From: Candidatus Saccharimonadales bacterium
GTDB lineage: Bacteria > Patescibacteriota > Saccharimonadia > Saccharimonadales > JBBQAJ01
Reading direction: 5' to 3'
NCBI GenBank assembly: GCA_038316195.1
Contig: JBBQAJ010000005.1
Span: 1-38,209, forward strand
Length of the DNA: 38,209 nt
The notes beneath the pieces are model-generated. The model was given only the letters and a program-made list of their open reading frames with translations, had not been told where the DNA came from and made no database searches. Shown here one piece after another: positions 8,125 to 18,966 of this stretch; position 1 is the first letter of the stretch, and the number at the start of each line of letters is the position of its first letter. Made by a program: the position numbers and the translations under genes.

Positions 8125-9189
8125 ATGTCAAATAATAGCATGACGATGGACGAACTTTTGGAGTCCACCGACATTACACAATTAAAAACTGGAGACGTTG
8201 TAGAAGGCGTGGTTTCTACCGTTCATAAACACGAAGTTTGGATTGACTTAGGTGCCAAAGGCGTTGGCGTAGTTATGCGTCGAGAAATTGGACATGGTCA
8301 AAAACTTGAACCTGGTCAAGAGATTTTAACAAGTGTCGTAGACCCTGAAATGGAAGAAGGATATGCATTACTAAGCATGCGTAGAGCAGCAAAGGATCGT
8401 GGATGGGATGAACTGCAAACTATTTTCGACAAACAAGAGATTATTGAAATTTCTCCATATGACGCCAACAGAGGCGGACTGCTCGTAGAGCTAGAGGGTA
8501 TCAGAGGCTTTTTACCAGTTTCTCAGCTTGCAGCTGGACATTATCCACGAGTATCTGGTGCTGATAAAGATGAGATATTACAAAAGCTAAACCAATTAGC
8601 AAATACAAGTATTAGAGCAAGAATTTTAGACATTAGTCGTAAGGACAACAAGCTTATATTTTCTGAAAAAGAAGCAGTAAAAGATGACATGCAAGCAAGA
8701 TTTTCAGAGCTTAAAGTTGGGGATAGCATAAAGGGTGTTGTTACTGGAGTCATTGATTTTGGTGCTTTTGTAAATGTTGACGGCATAGAAGGTTTAATCC
8801 ACATATCTGAAATATCTTGGGAACGGGTTGAAGACCCCAGAGAATATGTAAAAACTGGCCAAAATATTGAAGCAAAAATAATCGCAATAGACAAAGACCG
8901 ATTAAGCTTAAGTCTGAAGCAAATGCAAGAAGACCCATGGTTGCAAGAAGTAAAGGCATTTAAAAAGGGTTCAGTTGTAGAAGGAAAAGTTACTCGAATA
9001 ACTCCATTTGGAGCATTCGTACAGTTAAGTTCTGCTGTAGAAGCTTTGGTGCACGTTTCTGAAATGAGTGATGAAGAAGGAATAGATCCTGAAAAAATAT
9101 TCCAATTAAATGAAACTAAAAAATTCAAAGTGTTGGATATTGATACTGAAGGTAGGAAGATAGCACTTTCACTAAAAGACGCAAAGTAA
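8125..9189 (+). CDS. rpsA: 30S ribosomal protein S1 (short form)
   Basis: Tandem S1 domains: GFLPVSQL, FGAFV..GLIHISEISW, FGAFV..LVHVSEM. Confidence 0.92.
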   Translation: MSNNSMTMDELLESTDITQLKTGDVVEGVVSTVHKHEVWIDLGAKGVGVVMRREIGHGQKLEPGQEILTSVVDPEMEEGYALLSMRRAAKDRGWDELQTIFDKQEIIEISPYDANRGGLLVELEGIRGFLPVSQLAAGHYPRVSGADKDEILQKLNQLANTSIRARILDISRKDNKLIFSEKEAVKDDMQARFSELKVGDSIKGVVTGVIDFGAFVNVDGIEGLIHISEISWERVEDPREYVKTGQNIEAKIIAIDKDRLSLSLKQMQEDPWLQEVKAFKKGSVVEGKVTRITPFGAFVQLSSAVEALVHVSEMSDEEGIDPEKIFQLNETKKFKVLDIDTEGRKIALSLKDAK

Positions 9190-9231
9190 TAAATCAACTA
9201 TGTGATTAAGTAATTCAAGAAAGGAGCGACC

Positions 9232-10989
9232 ATGAGTACAATAATCGAAATAGATAACATGATCACCGTGGGCGCTCTTGCCGAGGAATTATCCATACCA
9301 GTTACCAAGCTAATAACTGAACTCATGAAAAATGGCGTGATGGCTACTGTAAATGAACGAATTGATTTTGATACTGCAGAAATTATTGTGGGTGAGCTAG
9401 AGTTAGACATTGAACTTGCCAAGAAAGATATTACTACTTCTGAAAAACCACGGCAAAAACCTATTGCAAGTAAATCAGCCGATCAACGTCCACCAGTGGT
9501 GGCTGTAATGGGTCATGTTGATCATGGTAAGACTAGTCTGCTGGATGCAATTAGGGGTGCAGCAGTAGTAAAGTCTGAAGCTGGTGGAATTACACAACAT
9601 ATTTCCGCTTATCAGATAAAACATGGTGATAGGCAGATTACGTTTTTAGATACGCCAGGACACGAAGCGTTCGCAGCACTTAGAGAGCATGGTGCTGCAT
9701 TGACTGATGTTGTAATAATTGTTGTTGCGGCTGATGACGGCATAAAGCCTCAAACTATTGAAGCTATTCGGTTTGCTAAAAAAGCCGGTGTGAAAATAAT
9801 TGTAGCTATAAATAAAATAGACAAAGAGGGTTCTGATATTAATCGTATAAAACAACAGTTGTCGGAACAAGATCTATTGATTGAAGAATGGGGAGGAGAT
9901 ATCGTGGTTACTCCAGTATCAGCCAAAACCTCAGAAGGTATTCCTCATTTGTTGGATATGATATTACTTGTTGCAGATGTAGAAGATTTGCGAGCTGACA
10001 CGGACGTACCTGCCCAAGGCTTGATTATTGAAGCACATATGGAAAAAGGGCGAGGCCCAGTTGCGGAAGCGCTAGTAGAGGCTGGTACGCTCAAGCCAGG
10101 ACAGTTTGTTGTTGCAGGCAGTAGCTATGCGAGAATTCGCAACCTAGAATCAACTAGTGGTGAAATTCTAAAAGTGGCTAGTCCATCCACGCCCGTAGTT
10201 ATGACAGGGTTCAAGATATTGCCAGAATTTGGAGATACTTTTACCGTCGTTGCTAACGAAAAAATGGCCAGAACTCTTGCAAATCAGTCTGCAACTGATC
10301 AAAAAAGTGGTGCAAGAATGGATATCAACAGTGGCGAACTAATTCGAATGATAAATCGAAGTAACGATGTGAATGAACTAAATGTCATAATTAAAGCAGA
10401 TGTTCAGGGTTCGCTAACCTCAGTTATTGACAGCTTGAAGGCTTTAGATACAGATGAGGTCGCTATAAGAGTCGTTGGAGCTGGAGTAGGTACAATAAAT
10501 GAAAATGATGTACACTTGGCCTCAACAACTGGTGCAATATTGTACGGATTCCACGTTCAAATGCCATCAAATGTTAAACAACTAGCCTCGAGAGATAAAA
10601 TTAAAATTCGTATGTACAAGGTTATTTATGAACTTATTGATGACGCCAAATCAGAACTACAACTTTTATTGCCTCCAGAAATTGTCGAAACAGATTTAGG
10701 TCGCTTGATTGTAAAAGGTGTGTTTAAGACTACAAAAAGCGAAATAATATGTGGTGGTGAGGTTACAAAAGGAAAACTAACAGTGCCATCGTTGGTTAAG
10801 ATTGTTAGAGATAAAGAATTTATCGCAGAAGTCGAAGCGACATTATTAAAAAGAGGCCCACAGGAAGCTAAAGAAATAATCGAAGGCGAAATGTGTGGAG
10901 TGAGTTTGGTCACACAAACAAAAACAGAAATTCTGGAAGGTGATCACTTGGAATTTTTTAGCCGCCAAACAGTTGCAAGAACTTTATAA
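9232..10989 (+). CDS. infB: Translation initiation factor IF-2 (short N-terminus)
   Basis: RPPVVAVMGHVDHGKTSLLD, EAGGITQHI, DTPGHEAF, NKID, KADVQGS. Confidence 0.98.
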   Translation: MSTIIEIDNMITVGALAEELSIPVTKLITELMKNGVMATVNERIDFDTAEIIVGELELDIELAKKDITTSEKPRQKPIASKSADQRPPVVAVMGHVDHGKTSLLDAIRGAAVVKSEAGGITQHISAYQIKHGDRQITFLDTPGHEAFAALREHGAALTDVVIIVVAADDGIKPQTIEAIRFAKKAGVKIIVAINKIDKEGSDINRIKQQLSEQDLLIEEWGGDIVVTPVSAKTSEGIPHLLDMILLVADVEDLRADTDVPAQGLIIEAHMEKGRGPVAEALVEAGTLKPGQFVVAGSSYARIRNLESTSGEILKVASPSTPVVMTGFKILPEFGDTFTVVANEKMARTLANQSATDQKSGARMDINSGELIRMINRSNDVNELNVIIKADVQGSLTSVIDSLKALDTDEVAIRVVGAGVGTINENDVHLASTTGAILYGFHVQMPSNVKQLASRDKIKIRMYKVIYELIDDAKSELQLLLPPEIVETDLGRLIVKGVFKTTKSEIICGGEVTKGKLTVPSLVKIVRDKEFIAEVEATLLKRGPQEAKEIIEGEMCGVSLVTQTKTEILEGDHLEFFSRQTVARTL

Positions 10990-11011
10990 AAACGTATAGT
11001 TTAAAAGTACA

Positions 11012-11287
11012 ATGGAAGAAATTCCAAACAACAGATCCTCTAAATACATACATGACCACATAATAGTCAGTCATCGCATGCAAAGATTAGACGAAATACT
11101 AGTTAATTACCCTATAAAAAATATAAATTATCATTTAAAAAAGCGAAGTATTACAAATTTAAAACAAGTGCAAAACAGATTAAATAATTATGGCAAATTA
11201 TATAAAAATGCCATTAAGTATGGATTTGTATGTGGGTTATTAGCAGGGGGTATTATTTGGACGATATTTTTAATTATTACTAGTTAA
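11012..11287 (+). CDS. Small hypothetical membrane protein
   Basis: ORF fills the gap between infB and the next gene; C-terminal hydrophobic helix; no recognised motif. Confidence 0.55.
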   Translation: MEEIPNNRSSKYIHDHIIVSHRMQRLDEILVNYPIKNINYHLKKRSITNLKQVQNRLNNYGKLYKNAIKYGFVCGLLAGGIIWTIFLIITS

Positions 11288-11309
11288 AGTACCATGATAA
11301 AATGTACAC

Positions 11310-11645
11310 ATGTTTAAACTCGATAATACACTATTGGAAGAACTCGGTTTGGGTGGTTTGCCAACCGAAGAAAAAAACAAGATGCTTGCTCATATTTATG
11401 AAACATTGGAAATGCGAGTAGGTATGAAGCTAGCAGAACAGATGACAAATGAACAGTTAGATGAATTTGAAAGTTTTATTGATAAAAATGACGAAGCTGG
11501 AGCCCTTAAATGGCTAGAAACTAACTTTCCTGATTATAAAAAAGTTGTAGCTGATGAACTTGAAAAATTAAAAGCAGAAATAAAACATTCAGCACCACAA
11601 ATACTTTCGGCTGCAACACAACCACCCCTCACACCAGAACTATAG
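11310..11645 (+). CDS. DUF5663-like CPR conserved helical protein
   Basis: LEELGL..LP.EEK....ETLEMRVG...MT.EQLDEF...P.YKKVVADEL pattern. Confidence 0.75.
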   Translation: MFKLDNTLLEELGLGGLPTEEKNKMLAHIYETLEMRVGMKLAEQMTNEQLDEFESFIDKNDEAGALKWLETNFPDYKKVVADELEKLKAEIKHSAPQILSAATQPPLTPEL

Positions 11646-12560
11646 TTCTTGATAAATTTTATCCCCATAGCCTGCTAGGAACGCACGTGCTGCCATTTCA
11701 TTTTTACCCGCAGGTTTTAGAGTTAATATTTTCAAAGCTTTTTCACCTGCATAAACTATCAAATCTTTATTTAAAATGTCGGTTTTTCCTGGCATACCAG
11801 AAGCATCTATTATGCACGCTTTAGTAATAATGACTTCTTTGTTAGCAATAACCGTAGTGCTTTTCGGCCATTCCAAATAGGCTCGTATTTCTCTATCGAT
11901 CTGAACAGCTGACTTTTTCCAATCTATTATCCCGTCTGTTTTTTTAATTTTTCTAGAATAAGTAGCCCTGTCAGTATGAGGTTGATTTCGTGGTTTTAGG
12001 TTGCCAGAAATGTATTTTGATAAATATTCTGTTAGCAAAGTATCGCTTAGGTTAATTAGCATGTTTGTTAAAGATATTGAATCTTCTGATTCAGAAATTT
12101 TTAAACTTTTTTGGGCTATAAGCTTGCCTGTATCAAGATCTGCATCAATCAACATTAAACTTACGCCAGTTTTGGTTTGGCCACTTAATAGAGTAAAGGT
12201 TATTGGATCTGCTCCTCTCCACTCAGGTAATAATGAAAAATGACTGTTTATAATTCCAAGAGCAAAATAATTTATAACATCTAATCCCACCAATATCCCA
12301 AAATCAATCAATATAGCAATTTTGCTTTGGAAAGAATTAGCTTCAATTACTTCTGATAATTCAGATTTATTAGTTACAGTAAAAACTGGAAAATTCATTT
12401 GCTTTGCTATTGTTAATACAGGAAATGGGCTTTTGTGATGACTGGGTTGGGGTTTTGTTATTACGGCCTCAATTAAGAAATTTTTGGAAAGCAACTCTAA
12501 TGATTTTGCTGCGACTGGGCCACTGCCAATAAACACAACAGATTTATTTTTATTCTCCAT
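11640..12560 (-). CDS. fmt: Methionyl-tRNA formyltransferase
   Basis: INSHFSLLPEWRGADPI, TGVSLM, LDTGKL; directly downstream of def. Confidence 0.95.
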   Translation of the reverse strand: MENKNKSVVFIGSGPVAAKSLELLSKNFLIEAVITKPQPSHHKSPFPVLTIAKQMNFPVFTVTNKSELSEVIEANSFQSKIAILIDFGILVGLDVINYFALGIINSHFSLLPEWRGADPITFTLLSGQTKTGVSLMLIDADLDTGKLIAQKSLKISESEDSISLTNMLINLSDTLLTEYLSKYISGNLKPRNQPHTDRATYSRKIKKTDGIIDWKKSAVQIDREIRAYLEWPKSTTVIANKEVIITKACIIDASGMPGKTDILNKDLIVYAGEKALKILTLKPAGKNEMAARAFLAGYGDKIYQEL

Positions 12561-12562
12561 AC

Positions 12563-13144
12563 TTATTGCCACAGATCATTATTTTCTTGGATGTCTTGTT
12601 CATAGTTTAGCGCTTTTAGCTGTCCATCTTCTTGAAGTTGGAAGAATGCTTCATAATTAGACTTTATATGGTCTATAAAAACAATTCCATTAGTGTGGTC
12701 AATTTCGTGCTGAAAAATACGTGCCAAAAATCCTTCGGCAGTTACTCTAATTTGTTTTCCATTTGTATCTAAGGCTTTTATTTTGACTCGTTCATACCGA
12801 GGTACTTTGCCATACACATTTAGTATGCTTAAACAGCCTTCAAAATCTTCGGTAACTTTACCTTCAAATTTAGTTATTTCAGGGTTTATGAACACATTAA
12901 ATGTTCGATCATTTTTGTTGTCAAAATCATTACGAATTATGACAATTCTCAGGGGTATATCCATTTGAATAGCAGCTAAAGCAACGCCGACTTCATGTTC
13001 TCGACTGTCTTCCCAATCTAATGTTGCTAAGGACATATTATTGATTATTTCTTGAATGTTTTTATCGACTAAACCAACTCGTCTTGAACGAGTTCGCAAA
13101 TTAGGATTTGGTAGGTTAATAATATCGTCTTTAGTTGGCTTCAT
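12563..13144 (-). CDS. def: Peptide deformylase
   Basis: GVALAAIQ, EGCLS, FQHEIDHTNG. Confidence 0.97.
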   Translation of the reverse strand: MKPTKDDIINLPNPNLRTRSRRVGLVDKNIQEIINNMSLATLDWEDSREHEVGVALAAIQMDIPLRIVIIRNDFDNKNDRTFNVFINPEITKFEGKVTEDFEGCLSILNVYGKVPRYERVKIKALDTNGKQIRVTAEGFLARIFQHEIDHTNGIVFIDHIKSNYEAFFQLQEDGQLKALNYEQDIQENNDLWQ

Positions 13145-13210
13145 TGAAGTTTAGTATACAGATTGAGCTAAAGTGAGTACAGGAGTTTATGATGGTGTAA
13201 TAGATATGAT

Positions 13211-15142
13211 TTACAATAAATCAGTTGGATCTATATCGTATGTACAATTACTGGGGAGATCATGAATAACTTCTAGTAGATTATTTCGATTTTTAGATTT
13301 TACTATCAAATGCCAAGTGTATCTACCGGCGACTTTTTCAATGAATCTTGGTGAGGGGCCTTCGATTTTAATATGACTGTGTTGAATTCGCAGCATCTCA
13401 GACAATTTTTTAGATGCTATATATGCGCTCTGGCTGCTAGACCGTGAACTATTGACCTTTAGTAAAAAAGTATATGGAGGAAAATTGTATTTTTTTCTCT
13501 GTTCAAGTTCTTGTTTATTAAAGCCCTCGTAATCTTTATTAAGCGAAAATTCAATTAATCTACTACCAGGGTCATATGTTTGAATAAAAAGTGACCCATG
13601 TCGATGGCCACGACTTATCCTTCCACTAACCTGACTAATTAATTGGTATGTTAATTCTGAAGCAGTATAATCCGGGATTTGTAAGCTGCTATCAGCTTGT
13701 ATTACACCCACTACACTTAACTTTGGGAGATCAAATCCTTTTACAATACTCTGAGTTCCTATCAGTATATCTATTTTTCCGTTTTGAAGATCTTTGCGTT
13801 TTTGATTTAAGCTTAGCTGTTTGGTTGTATCGCCATCAAAACGACTAATAGAAGCACCCGGAAAAAGTTTAGCAACTTCAACTTCTAGTGTTTTAGTGCC
13901 GATACTTTTAAACAATAATTCATGATCACCACATTCGGGACAACTAGTCGGTACGCTTTTTTTAAAATTACAACTATGGCAAAGCATGTTGTAGGAATCG
14001 TGATGGAATGTCAATGAAACATCACAGTGTGGACATGCGGCATGCCACCCACAGACGCTACAAAGCACTAGACGAGCACTGCCTCTACGATTAAGGTATA
14101 GAAGTGTTTGTTCTTTTTGTTTCAGGGCGCTTTCAATAGAGCTAATTATCTGATTAGCAATCCACGGAGATCTAGTAAAATTTTCCTTTAATCTTAAGTC
14201 GATTATACTTGTATTAGTTTTTGACAGACCTCTAGTAGCTAATTTTGTCATGCGCAGAATGGCTAAGTTTTTGTTTTGGAATGTAAAATAGTCCGAAATT
14301 AAGGGTGTTGCCGTACCCATGATGAAGTTCGCATTATGAATGTTTGCTAGTTTTGCAGCAACACGGCTTGTTTGGTAATTTGGAGATTTTTCTTGTTTGT
14401 AAGAACCATCATGAGCTTCATCCATAATAATTAGTCCAATGTTATTCAGTGGAGTAAAAATAGCAGAACGTGGACCAATAACAATAATCCCTTTATTCGA
14501 GCGACTGGCTCTAATCCAAACTGACCGTCGCTCTTTTGGGGTCATATCAGAATGAGTTAGAAGAATTCTGTCACCAAAGACTTCAAAAAAACTATCCATC
14601 AAAACACCCGTGAGTCCGATTTCAGGGGTAAGAATTATTACGGATCTATTTTGATCTAATGATTTTTTCGTAAGTTCAATATAGACTCTGGTTTTGCCAG
14701 AACCAGTATTGCCATGAAGCAAAATACTCCTTGATTCTGTCGTGTCAATTGAATCTACTACATTACGTTGTTCCTTAGTCATGGTAGGTAATTTTGAGAT
14801 CTTTAATGAGAGATCTTCTTTTAAAATTAGTGTTGGTAATTTTTTTGGCAAATCAGGTGGTGTGAAAAGACCTGTAAGTATACCCAGAGGAGCAGGGTAA
14901 TATTTTTTTAGCCATTCAATTAAGATAAAAGATTTCTTAGGTAAGTAAATTTCCCAAGATCTAGTTATACCCTTGGTTTTAAATGTAGGTTTAGTTGTAA
15001 TAGCTTCAACAATACCCATAACGGATTTAGACTGAAGAGGTACGGCTACAATTTGACCAATTTCCAAATTTTTGTCAGATTCGTAAATCAAACTTTCAGA
15101 TCCATGATATCGCTGACTTGAAGCCAAAACTCGGTAGTACAT
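13211..15142 (-). CDS. priA: Primosomal protein N' (replication restart helicase)
   Basis: GNTGSGKT, DEAHD, LNRRG, eight-Cys zinc cluster (CSVC, CPHC, CHSC, CPEC), KGFDLP, FPPY. Confidence 0.96.
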   Translation of the reverse strand: MYYRVLASSQRYHGSESLIYESDKNLEIGQIVAVPLQSKSVMGIVEAITTKPTFKTKGITRSWEIYLPKKSFILIEWLKKYYPAPLGILTGLFTPPDLPKKLPTLILKEDLSLKISKLPTMTKEQRNVVDSIDTTESRSILLHGNTGSGKTRVYIELTKKSLDQNRSVIILTPEIGLTGVLMDSFFEVFGDRILLTHSDMTPKERRSVWIRASRSNKGIIVIGPRSAIFTPLNNIGLIIMDEAHDGSYKQEKSPNYQTSRVAAKLANIHNANFIMGTATPLISDYFTFQNKNLAILRMTKLATRGLSKTNTSIIDLRLKENFTRSPWIANQIISSIESALKQKEQTLLYLNRRGSARLVLCSVCGWHAACPHCDVSLTFHHDSYNMLCHSCNFKKSVPTSCPECGDHELLFKSIGTKTLEVEVAKLFPGASISRFDGDTTKQLSLNQKRKDLQNGKIDILIGTQSIVKGFDLPKLSVVGVIQADSSLQIPDYTASELTYQLISQVSGRISRGHRHGSLFIQTYDPGSRLIEFSLNKDYEGFNKQELEQRKKYNFPPYTFLLKVNSSRSSSQSAYIASKKLSEMLRIQHSHIKIEGPSPRFIEKVAGRYTWHLIVKSKNRNNLLEVIHDLPSNCTYDIDPTDLL

Positions 15143-15232
15143 AGGCACTATTATAACTTTTTATATAAAATCTATTGAAATGTTGGCCAAGCTTTCATAT
15201 ACTTTACGTTGTAGGAGTAACAATAAGAGCTT

Positions 15233-15526
15233 ATGTTAGACGTATTTATCACTTCAAGAGTCAGACGAAAAATCATTGTTGTATATGCAAAGTATCCTGA
15301 CTTTAAGACACACGTACGGGGACTTGCAAAACTCATCAAAGAAGATGCGGGCAATATTCAGCGTGAACTTAAAAGGTTAGAGAAGATCGGATTTTTAATT
15401 TCAGAACGACAAGGAAATACCAAAATTTACCACACCAATAAGCAATTTGCAATTTTTAAAGAACTACAAAGTATAGTGTTGAAGTCACAACGGCTAAATC
15501 AAAAGAAACAACAAATTAATCCGTGA
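15233..15526 (+). CDS. ArsR-like winged helix-turn-helix protein
   Basis: HVRGLAKLIKEDAGNIQRELKRLEKIGFLISERQGN. Confidence 0.8.
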   Translation: MLDVFITSRVRRKIIVVYAKYPDFKTHVRGLAKLIKEDAGNIQRELKRLEKIGFLISERQGNTKIYHTNKQFAIFKELQSIVLKSQRLNQKKQQINP

Positions 15527-15568
15527 TGTTGCAATAAGTCATCTGTTAATGTATACTCAGCGCAATAT

Positions 15569-15802
15569 ATGATACAAGTTACACGAAAAGACTCTAAGGA
15601 GTCAGTAGAAAATTTAATTCGCCGTTTTACTAGAAAAGTTCAACAGGGTGGTGTTGTAGCAGTTGCAAAACAAGCAGAATTTTTTGAAAAACCATTAAGT
15701 AAGCGTGATCGTAGGCAAAAAGCAATAGTTCGTCGAGAGAGAAAAGCTATAAAAATGAAAAAAATTAAACTTGGTCTGGCTCCTCCACAAAAAGAACGAT
15801 AA
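15569..15802 (+). CDS. rpsU: 30S ribosomal protein S21
   Basis: ESVENLIRRFTRKVQQ...FFEKP; adjacent to yqeY, as in the usual rpsU-yqeY pair. Confidence 0.85.
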   Translation: MIQVTRKDSKESVENLIRRFTRKVQQGGVVAVAKQAEFFEKPLSKRDRRQKAIVRRERKAIKMKKIKLGLAPPQKER

Positions 15803-15862
15803 TCAAAAACTTTTCAGGTTTTGTTATCTCTGATACAATCTGTGGGAAATAATTAAGACTAT

Positions 15863-16318
15863 ATGATAATCAAAGCGCAGATTGACGAAGATATAAAGCG
15901 AGCCATGTTGGCTGGACAAAAGACACTCGTAACGACCCTAAGAGGTTTAAAGAGTGTAATATTGTATGCCGAAGTTGCACAAGGGGTTCGAGATGAAGGA
16001 TTGGACGAAAGTTCTGTTATTGAAATACTCTCAAAGGAGCAAAAAAAGCGACAAGAAAGTGCAGATATGTATACACAGGGTGGAAGACCAGATAGATCAG
16101 ACGCTGAATTAGTAGAAAAGAGAATTATTGAAAAATATTTGCCTACTCAACTTACTGAAAATGAAGTAGAAAAGCTTGTTTCTGAAGTAATTACAGAGAT
16201 AGGTACCGTAAAAATGTCAGACATGGGGAAAATAATTACTACTGTTAAGGGTCGAAGTAAGGGAACTGCTGATGGTGCAACGATATCTAAAATTGTAAAA
16301 GAAAAATTGTCTTCATGA
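15863..16318 (+). CDS. yqeY: GatB/YqeY domain protein
   Basis: KEQKKRQESADMY..GGR, YLPTQL, MSDMGKI, ADGA. Confidence 0.92.
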   Translation: MIIKAQIDEDIKRAMLAGQKTLVTTLRGLKSVILYAEVAQGVRDEGLDESSVIEILSKEQKKRQESADMYTQGGRPDRSDAELVEKRIIEKYLPTQLTENEVEKLVSEVITEIGTVKMSDMGKIITTVKGRSKGTADGATISKIVKEKLSS

Positions 16319-16857
16319 TATTGCTTATGGGAATCGCTGGTTCTGGTAAAGGAACTCAGAGTAAATTACTGGCCGAAAAAGATGGCTATGATCTAATTTC
16401 CACCGGGGATTTACTAAGAAATTTTGGGTCAGATGAACAACATTCCAGAATGAATAATGGCGAAATTTTAGGCGATGACGAAGTAACTGAATTACTTGAA
16501 AAAGCCTTAATGCAAATTAAGGACCAGAATAATGTAATTCTTGACGGCTATCCGAGAAGACTTACACAAGCGCAGTGGCTTTTAGACCAGTCAAATAAAG
16601 GCAGATTTCAGGTAGAGTCTGTAGTTCATTTGGTTGCTTCAAAGTTTGCAGTAAAATCACGATTACTTGAAAGAGCAAGAAAAGATGATCATGATTCAGG
16701 GATAGATCAAAGATTCAAAGATTATGAACAAGACACTGTGCCTATAATAAATTTCTTAATTAAATCCGGAGTAAGATTAAAAGAAATTGATGCTGAAAAA
16801 TCAGTAGAAATTGTTCATAATGAAATAGTAAATTGGCTTAAAGAAAACTCACATTAA
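16315..16857 (+). CDS. adk: Adenylate kinase (short LID)
   Basis: GIAGSGKGTQ, ISTGDLLR, LDGYPR; directly upstream of map. Confidence 0.9.
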   Translation: MILLMGIAGSGKGTQSKLLAEKDGYDLISTGDLLRNFGSDEQHSRMNNGEILGDDEVTELLEKALMQIKDQNNVILDGYPRRLTQAQWLLDQSNKGRFQVESVVHLVASKFAVKSRLLERARKDDHDSGIDQRFKDYEQDTVPIINFLIKSGVRLKEIDAEKSVEIVHNEIVNWLKENSH

Positions 16858-17612
16858 TGAGTATCAGTATTAAATCTGATTCAGATATTGAAGCTATGCG
16901 CGAAAGTGGCAAAATGCTTGCGACAGTTTTAGATATATTGTCGAAGCGAGCAATGTCAGGAATGAGCACTAAAGATTTAGCTGAAATGGCTAAAATAGAA
17001 ATCAAATTATTGGGTGGGCAGCCAACAATTTTGGGATATCATGGTTTCCCAGACGTAATATGCATATCTGTAAATGACGAAGTTGTGCATGGTATTCCAA
17101 GACAAAACCATTTTATAAAAGATGGTGATATTGTAAGTTTAGATTTTTGTGTAACTTACAGAGGTATGATCACTGACTCAGCGCGATCGATAATAATTGG
17201 AAAATCAAATAATGAAGTAAACGACTTGTTAATCGCAACAGAGAGGTCTCTCATGGCTGGGATAAGTACCGTAAAACCTAACGCAAGAGTAGGTGATATT
17301 TCAAATGCAGTTCAAAATTTTCTTGAAAAAAATAATCATTATGGTATTGTTCGTGACTTAGTTGGACATGGAGTTGGTTATGAGATGCACGAAGAGCCAA
17401 ACATCCCAAATTTTGGCAAAAGAGGCGTTGGACCACAATTGGAGAAAGGAATGACCTTGGCAATTGAACCCATGGTTACTTTGGGGGGACACGAGGTAAG
17501 AACTGATCAAGATAACTGGACCATTCGTACATTAGATGGTTCATGGGCAGCGCATTTTGAGCATACAGTTCTAGTTACTGATACTGGAGTGGAGATTTTA
17601 ACTAGTTTTTAA
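16857..17612 (+). CDS. map: Methionine aminopeptidase type I
   Basis: SVNDEVVHGIP, GHGVG..MHEEP, AIEPM, AAHFEHT. Confidence 0.97.
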   Translation: MSISIKSDSDIEAMRESGKMLATVLDILSKRAMSGMSTKDLAEMAKIEIKLLGGQPTILGYHGFPDVICISVNDEVVHGIPRQNHFIKDGDIVSLDFCVTYRGMITDSARSIIIGKSNNEVNDLLIATERSLMAGISTVKPNARVGDISNAVQNFLEKNNHYGIVRDLVGHGVGYEMHEEPNIPNFGKRGVGPQLEKGMTLAIEPMVTLGGHEVRTDQDNWTIRTLDGSWAAHFEHTVLVTDTGVEILTSF

Positions 17613-17669
17613 TTGTTTTTTAGTTAACTAATGTTGCGAACAGAACAGGATAAGCGTTATACTTGCCTC

Positions 17670-18902
17670 ATGCGTGATGGTTCGTCGCCTACACATTTTT
17701 TCGGTTTAGATATTGGCACCTCAACAGTGAGGTGTGTTATTGGTATGTTTAATATTGATCATCCATCTGAATTGTCAATTGTTGGGCATGGTTCAGCTAA
17801 AAACATTGGTATGCGCAAAGGAGTGGTCGTACATATTGATGACGTTACAGACGCCATAACTCATGCCCTAACTGAGGCTGAAAGAATAGCCGGTATTCAA
17901 ATTAAAAGTGCTACAGTCAACATTAATGGAACTCATGTAAGTGGTCTAAATTCAAAAGGTGTAATTGCTATTAGTGCAGCAAACAAAGAAATTAGCATTG
18001 ATGATAGGTATCGTGCAGAAGAAGCTGCAACCATTATGCAACTTCCTCCAAACAGAGAGATCATTCAGGTTTTTGCCAAAAATTATCGAGTGGATGGACA
18101 AGATAATATAAAAGATCCAGTTGGAATGAGTGGCGTTAGGCTCGAAGTAGATACACATATCGTTACTGCATCATCTCCAACGCTAAAAAGTCTTACAAGT
18201 GTGCTAGAACGTTCTCATGTGAATTTAAATCACATAACAATATCTAGTCTCGCAGCGGCAGAAGCTGTCCTAAATAGACAACAAAAAGAATCTGGAACTG
18301 TTTTATTGGATATAGGTGCAAGTACCACTAACCTTGTAGTAGTAGAGGATGGTGAGATTCAGCATGTTGCAATTTTGCCAATAGGGGGTATAAATATCAC
18401 AAACGACCTAGCTATTGGCCTTAAGACAGATTTAGATGTAGCAGAATCTGTAAAAGTTGGTTACGCTACTCTTGACCAACCGAACTACGACACGATTACG
18501 CTTGAGGTTGATGATACAGAGCATACTTTTACTAAAAGTGAAGTTCATATGATTACAGAGGCAAGGGTAGAAGAATTATTTGAGTTTGTAGACAAAGAAT
18601 TGAAAAAAATCGGGCGTTCAAAAAAATTACCTGGTGGCGCAGTTTTAGTTGGTGGAACTGCAAAATTGCCTGGAATAGCAAATTTTGCGAAGGAGAAATT
18701 ACAATTACCTGCGAGAATAGGAATTTTACAACCACTCCAAGGTCTAGTGGACATTATAGACGACCCATCCTACTCAACAGCAATTGGACTGATGCAACTT
18801 GACATGTTACTTATGCCAGAACCAAATGATCTTCGTGGCTCACCAAACAAGAATGCTTTAGGAATGATCGAGGGACTTTTGAAAAAATTTCGAAGATCCT
18901 GA
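17670..18902 (+). CDS. ftsA: Cell division protein FtsA
   Basis: GLDIGTS, GMRKGVV, DPVGMSGVRLEV, DIGASTT, GGTAKLPG. ATG 17670 lies 6 nt after TATACT. Confidence 0.96.
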   Translation: MRDGSSPTHFFGLDIGTSTVRCVIGMFNIDHPSELSIVGHGSAKNIGMRKGVVVHIDDVTDAITHALTEAERIAGIQIKSATVNINGTHVSGLNSKGVIAISAANKEISIDDRYRAEEAATIMQLPPNREIIQVFAKNYRVDGQDNIKDPVGMSGVRLEVDTHIVTASSPTLKSLTSVLERSHVNLNHITISSLAAAEAVLNRQQKESGTVLLDIGASTTNLVVVEDGEIQHVAILPIGGINITNDLAIGLKTDLDVAESVKVGYATLDQPNYDTITLEVDDTEHTFTKSEVHMITEARVEELFEFVDKELKKIGRSKKLPGGAVLVGGTAKLPGIANFAKEKLQLPARIGILQPLQGLVDIIDDPSYSTAIGLMQLDMLLMPEPNDLRGSPNKNALGMIEGLLKKFRRS

Positions 18903-18966
18903 CATTGAACAACTTGCCCGTATCAGGTATACTCCACCTTATACTAAATGAGGATGGTTAAGAATT